64,000 nt of DNA from Mantamonas sphyraenae STR306 (Eukaryota; Protista; CRuMs), in the NCBI GenBank assembly GCA_026936335.1, contig JAPMXV010000063.1, positions 161,578 to 225,577 on the forward strand. The letters run 5' to 3'. Shown one piece after another: positions 59,079-64,000 of the stretch; positions within the stretch are counted from its first letter, which is position 1; every line of letters starts with the position of its first letter. The notes beneath the pieces are model-generated. The model had not been told where the DNA came from and did no database searches. It saw only the letters and a list, made by a program, of their open reading frames with translations. A program made the position numbers and the translations under genes.

Positions 59079-60174
59079 TGGAGTGTGCGCTGACACGTGG
59101 AGTACAGTGTTTGTGTATTAATGGCGAGTGTCTAGGAGACGACGAGGCAGTAGCGCTGGCCAAGGCGCTGGGAAGAACAGCAGGTTGCAGACACTGGACC
59201 TCGGCAACAACAGCATTGGGGCAGAAGGAGCAGCAGCACTGGCGCAGTGACTGAAGACGAACAGCAGTTTGCAGACACTGGACCTCGGCAACAACAGCAT
59301 CGGGGACGAAGGGGCAGCAGAAGTGGCGCGGGCACTGAGTGGGAACAGCAGCTTGCAGAACCTGAATCTCTGGGACAACAGCATCGGAGCAGAAGGAGCG
59401 ACAGCGCTGGCGCGGGCATTGAGTGGGAACAGCAGCTTGCAGACACTGAATCTCTGGGGCAACAGCATCGGGGACGAAGGGGCAGTGACACTGGGGAAGG
59501 CACTGGGAGAGAACAGCAGCTTGCAGACACTGGACCTTCAGTGCAACAGCATCAATCCAGAAGGAGCAGCAGCACTGGTGCAGGGGCTCAGTGGAAATAT
59601 CGGCTTGCAGGCGCTGGACCTCAGCTTGAACCGCATCGGCGCACTTCGAGTAGAAGTACCGGCGCAGGCAGTGGAAAACAATCGTTCGTGCTGGAGGTTT
59701 GACGGCGTTGACAGTGACGCATTGCAGTCTCTGTTGGAGCGGAACAAGAAGCAGCACGTGGCGTTTGTAGAGTGTGGGGATGTGGAAAAGATGAGAGAGT
59801 TGAGGGAGTGGGGTGTGCCTGTGGACACGTTTGCAGGGAATGGAGGTGAGGAGACTGCGCTGGAGAGAGCTGTGAGGGAAGGGGAGGAGAGGATTTTGGA
59901 GGTGTTGAGGGGGTGGGGTGCGAGACCAAGGATGAAAACGGTGGAGGTGGTGAGGGAGGCAGGGTGGGGGAAGGCGTGGCATTGGATTGGGTGGGCTGGA
60001 CGGGTGGATGAGGCGATGGAGGTGGCGTTGGTGATGAACGGGGAGGAGAGGGAGGCGATGTTTGCATGTGGAGGGATGGAGGGGTATGTGGAGGAGGGAG
60101 GGTGGGGAGGATGGGTGACACTGCCGGATGAGGTGATGGAGAGGGTGGTTGAGTGGGTGGGGAGGGGAGAGTGA
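59079..60174 (+). pseudogene. Disrupted LRR (RNI/NLRC3-like 28-aa repeats)-ankyrin protein with F-box-like C-terminus
   Basis: 1-bp deletion near 59173 relative to the repeat consensus and an in-frame TGA at 59248-59250; intact ORF from 59269 with LQTLDL.NNSIG.EGA repeats, TALERAV...LRGWGA ankyrin-like repeat and LPDEVMERVVEWV tail. Confidence 0.65.
59185..59640 (+). repeat. 84-bp tandem repeats (about 5.5 units) encoding LRRs
   Basis: TTGCAG unit starts at 59185, 59269, 59353, 59437, 59521 and 59605, with high nucleotide identity. Confidence 0.92.
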
Positions 60175-60204
60175 GTGGGGAGGTTGTGGGAATGAAAGGG
60201 TGGT

Positions 60205-63200
60205 TCATTCGAGGCGTTGGCGTTTGGAGGAGGAGGAGGAGGAGGAGGAAGGGGCTTTGCGCTTGGGCAGGGTGAAGGAGGGGATGGGGTAGGCGTTGAC
60301 GAGTGCGGTGGTGGTGGGGCGTGTGGTGATGTGGGGTGTGATGCGGTCGATGAGGGTGTGGAGGAGGGTGTGCAGCGTGGCGTCGCTGGGTTTGGGTTTG
60401 TCGAGCCAGGCGATCCTGAGGGAGAGGGAGGTGACGCCGCGGGTGAGGGTGGCGCTGATGGCAGGTTGCACCTGCTGGTAGGTGAGATGTGGCCTGAGGA
60501 GGCGAACAAAGAAGGCCAGGTCGACAGGGGGCACGGCAACGTTGCCCAGCGCCAGGATGATGTGCCGCAGCAGGAGTGCAGGCTGCCGTTGTTGATGAGA
60601 TCACGCAGTGCCTGGTGCTCGTGAGCGTGCTGATGGCGAGGGTGCTTGGCTGCGCGTGTCTTCATGTGTGCCAGCAGCGTCCGGAACTCCCGTGCCGTGC
60701 AGCTGCCACGCTCGTCGCCGTGAGAACCCTTGCTCCAGCCACTGCGCACAGACTCAGGATGCCACCTACCCACCGTGGTGGTGGTGAGGTGGTGGTCGTA
60801 GTCGCATTGTGTCCAGTGTGGGTCGCCGTCGTTGTCAGCAGGGCGTCGTGCTTTCTGCAGCGACAGCTGGGTCTGCTCGTGCTCCTCCCAGGTGGTGGGA
60901 TGGGCTCTGTCGCCAAGAGTGTCCATCTCTGCCATGAGCAGGTGGAGGAGGGCGTAGTTGGGGTCGCCGTGGTCGTGTGGCTCCTCCAGCCAGCACACCT
61001 TCAAACCAGCCTTTGTCACACCCATGGCCAGACCAGCGTGTCGATGATGGCATGGCTGCATGCATGTCGATCCATATCACAGCCGAGAAGGGTGAGGCAG
61101 AGGCCATGTCGCCCTGGGAGAGGGGAATGTTGCCCAGAGTGAGCAGAATCTGTCGGACCAGCGTGGTCGTAGTGCCATGGCAGACCACAACAAGCGCCTG
61201 CAGGAACATCAGGTCGGGAATGTCGTCGATGGGATGCTCATTGGCCAGGGTGTGCATGTGCTTCAGCAGTGCCGTGTGCTCCTTCTTGTTGCTGTGGCTG
61301 CGCTCGCTCTTGCCCCACTGAGTCCAGCCACTGCGCACAACGCCATCTGGCAGTCCATCCTCCTCCGCCATCTTCTCCTCCTCTGTGGGCTCGGGCAGAA
61401 CAAGCTCTGCGATGTCGAGGGTGTTGACGGCGTCGACTGTGGTGGGACGGGTGTTGATGTGGGGTGTGATGCGGTCGATGAGGGTGTGGAGGAGGGTGTG
61501 CAGTGTGGCGTCGCTGGGTTTGGGGTTGTCAAGCCAGGCGATCTTGAGGGACAGGGAGGTGACACCACGGGTGAGGTTGTAGCTGATGGCAGATTGCACC
61601 TGCTGGTAGGTGAGATGTGGCCTGAGGAGGCGAACAAAGAAGGCCAGGTCGACAGGCGGCACGCCAACGTCGCCCAGCGCCAGGATGATGTGCCGCAAGA
61701 GGGAACTCAGGTCGCCATTGTTGATCAGCTCACGCAGTGCCTGGTGCTCGTGTGCGTGCTGATGGCGAGGGTACTTGGCTGCGCGTGTCTTCATGTGTGC
61801 CAGCAGCGTCTGGAACTCCCGCGCCGTGCAGCTGCCACGCTCGTCGCTGGGAGTTCCCGTGCACCAGCCACTGCGCACAGACACAGGGAGCCACTTGCCC
61901 ACGTTGGTGGTGTTCAGGTGGTGGTCGTAGTCGCATTGAGTCCAGTGTGGGTCGCTGTCGTTGTCAACAGGGCGCCGTGCTTCCTGCAGCCACAGCTGGG
62001 TCTGCTTCTGCTCCTTCCAGGTGGTGGGATGGGGCCTGTCGCCAAGAGTGGCCATCTCTGCCATGAGCAGGTGGAGGAGGACGTAGTTGGGGTCGCCATG
62101 GTCGTGTGGCTCCTCCAGCCAGCACGCCTTCAACCCAGCCTTCGTCACACCCACGGCCAGACCAGCGGCGTGGGCGGCTTTGCTGCACGCATTGTGATCC
62201 ACGTCACGGCCGAAAAGGGTGAGGCAGAAGGCCATGTCGCCCTGGGAGAGGGGAATGTTGCCCAGAGCGAGCTGAATCTGTCGGACCAGCGTGCTCGTAG
62301 TGCCATGGCAGACGACAACACGCGCCTGCAGGGTCATGAGGTCGGAGATGTCGTCGTTGGGATGATCATTGGCCAGAGTGTGCATGTGGTTCAACAGTGC
62401 CGTGTGCTCCTTCTTGTTGCTGTGGCTGCGCTCGTCACTGCGCCAGTTCTGCGACCACCCTTTGCGCACAACTCCATCTGGCAACTTGTTCGTCTTGTCC
62501 ACGCCTGTGTTCCTCGGTGCGCTGGTGTCTCCGTTCCTGGCCCTCGTTGCGCGTGTACTCGACGTTCCTGTCTCTGTGCCACTGCCAGCCGTGACTTTGC
62601 GCCTGGGCTGTACGTTGCCTTTCATCTTTTGTGGATCAGTACGTCGGCTGGTCTGGCCTCTGCGACGCCGCGTGAGGCCTCTACTTGTGTGTCCGGGCTG
62701 CCATTCGTCCCTGTCCTCCTGCTCCATGTCGTTTGCGCCGATGTCGCTGTCGTCTTGCAGCATGTACTCCCCATCCATGGCATCATCAGTGTCTGCAATG
62801 CTGAGTGCGCCCTGAGTTTCCATCTCGTCGTCCATGGGCTGCTGGGTTGTGTTGTTTGCCTCGCCGTGTTCTTCGTACGCCTCCATCCATGAGCTGGTCA
62901 TCCACTCTGAGTTGCTGGACATTGACCGTGGTTCACGGTGGCCAAAGTTCAGGAACATCAGGTCCTCCACGTCGCCAGTGTCATGTGTGAGTGTGTCCTG
63001 GTCTGCGTCGTCGTCGTCGCTGTCTCCTGTCTGCGTGTGCCCTGGTGGGAGGAGGACGACGATGTGGTGGTGGATGTGGTCCGTGTGATGCCGACAAAGG
63101 CAGGACTGATGCGGTTGGGGACGCCGTTGTGGTTTGCGGTGGGTTGAGCAGGCGGAGGTTGCAACGGAGGCTGAGCGAAGTGCATCTGGGCGGTTTGTCG

Positions 63201-63780
63201 CGGCTGAGGAGGCGGCGGGGGAGGGTAGGCGTAGTATGGGTGACCCTGATGAGCATATGCGTGGTGTTGCTGGGAGTGGGTGTTGACAGGGACCCAGATG
63301 ATAGGTGGTTGTGGGTGCTGGTACGGGTTTTGTACGCCAGGGACGGGGAGCATGTTCGGAAACGGCTGGGCAGCCATGAGAGGGACCATGTACGCGTAGC
63401 TGTGGCGGAGACGGGGAGGGGCAGGGCGGAGTGCGTACGGTGAGCGGAAGGCGGTATGGACGCCGTCAGAGCAGAAGCGGGATGAAGGGAGGCTGGAACG
63501 GGCAAAGAGGGAAACGGAGGAGATTGGCAGACACGGAACTGGCAACGGGGAGGGCAGTGACAGGGGAGAGGGGATCGGAGAAGAGCGGAGGAGGCAGCGG
63601 CGGTAGTGATGGGGAAGTGAAGATGCAGGAGAGGAGTGCAAGGGAGCGACAGAGGCATGGAGGAGGCCAGGAAGCGGGAGAAGCTGGGCAGTCAGAAAAC
63701 GGAGTGGAAGGCAGAACGCACGCTGGGTAGATGTTGGGTGTGTGTTGTTGCTTCGGAGTGCTTGAGTAGTCGTTGTCCAT
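60205..63780 (-). pseudogene. Large hypothetical repeat-domain gene broken by several frameshifts (decay or assembly indels)
   Basis: Overlapping minus ORFs 63466-63990, 62958-63641, 60835-62970, 59538-61061 and 60205-60534 continue the same repeated peptide in different frames. Confidence 0.55.
60290..62485. repeat. Direct tandem duplication, unit about 1128 bp, two copies
   Basis: GATGTGGGGTGTGATGCGGTCGATGAGGGTGTGGAGG occurs at 60328 and 61456; matching text continues across both units. Confidence 0.92.
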
Positions 63781-64000
63781 GGCGGTGGAGATACTGGAGT
63801 GTATGTGGATTATGTTGGACTGGTGGAGGGTGTTGTGGGTGTTGGTGATACTTTGGTTGAAGGCGGACGGGCAGTGCTGACTGCACGGCGTTGCAGGACG
63901 ACGGCCACTCACCAGCGACATTTCCACTCCCGCCCATTGCCCACTGCCCCATGTCACCACCCAACTCAGCCACCCCGCCAGCAGACACAAGCACGACTCA

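Noticed and set aside
59185-59640. Regularly spaced repeats as a CRISPR array
   Set aside because: The whole 84-bp unit is repeated with no unique spacers, and it encodes in-frame 28-aa LRRs.
1-64000. Prokaryotic or giant-virus origin of the window; tRNA/rRNA genes
   Set aside because: Spliceosomal introns and eukaryote-specific genes occur throughout; no viral hallmark genes or structural RNA genes were recognised by eye.

Overview
Gene-dense eukaryotic nuclear DNA (GC-rich, short GT-AG introns often with a GCTGAC-like branch motif, intergenic gaps mostly 10-150 bp). The outer-arm dynein light chain DNAL1, OSCP1 and an LRRC45-like gene suggest a flagellated protist. About 30 mostly conserved housekeeping genes are recognisable once introns are allowed for: USP9/24-like, ZnT5-like, VPS35L, NDR kinase, Dad4, LYR protein, ZNF207/BuGZ, DNAL1, Tom22, leishmanolysin, STE20 kinase, HMG-box, lipase, ankyrin-CaaX, NDUFA3, ALG3, PQ-loop, Nup35, DTD2/ATD, OSCP1, AIDA, ELP6, ERCC6/CSB, WD40, FLVCR-like MFS, V-ATPase D and CFA synthase. 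The standout is an apparently intronless minus-strand locus at about 24.6-30.2 kb. It encodes a very large (1603 aa) Fanzor/TnpB-family RNA-guided nuclease candidate with a complete C-terminal RuvC D-E-D triad and zinc finger. A 248-aa upstream ORF overlaps it by ATGA and ends in a second RuvC-type motif (VIGVDLG); a single extra G would fuse the two into one ~1851-aa protein with two RNase H-fold modules. No transposase is recognisable nearby. The last 5 kb is accessory-like: a disrupted LRR-ankyrin gene and an unknown protein built from a 1128-bp tandem duplication. All calls are from motif recognition by eye, and exon boundaries are manual predictions.
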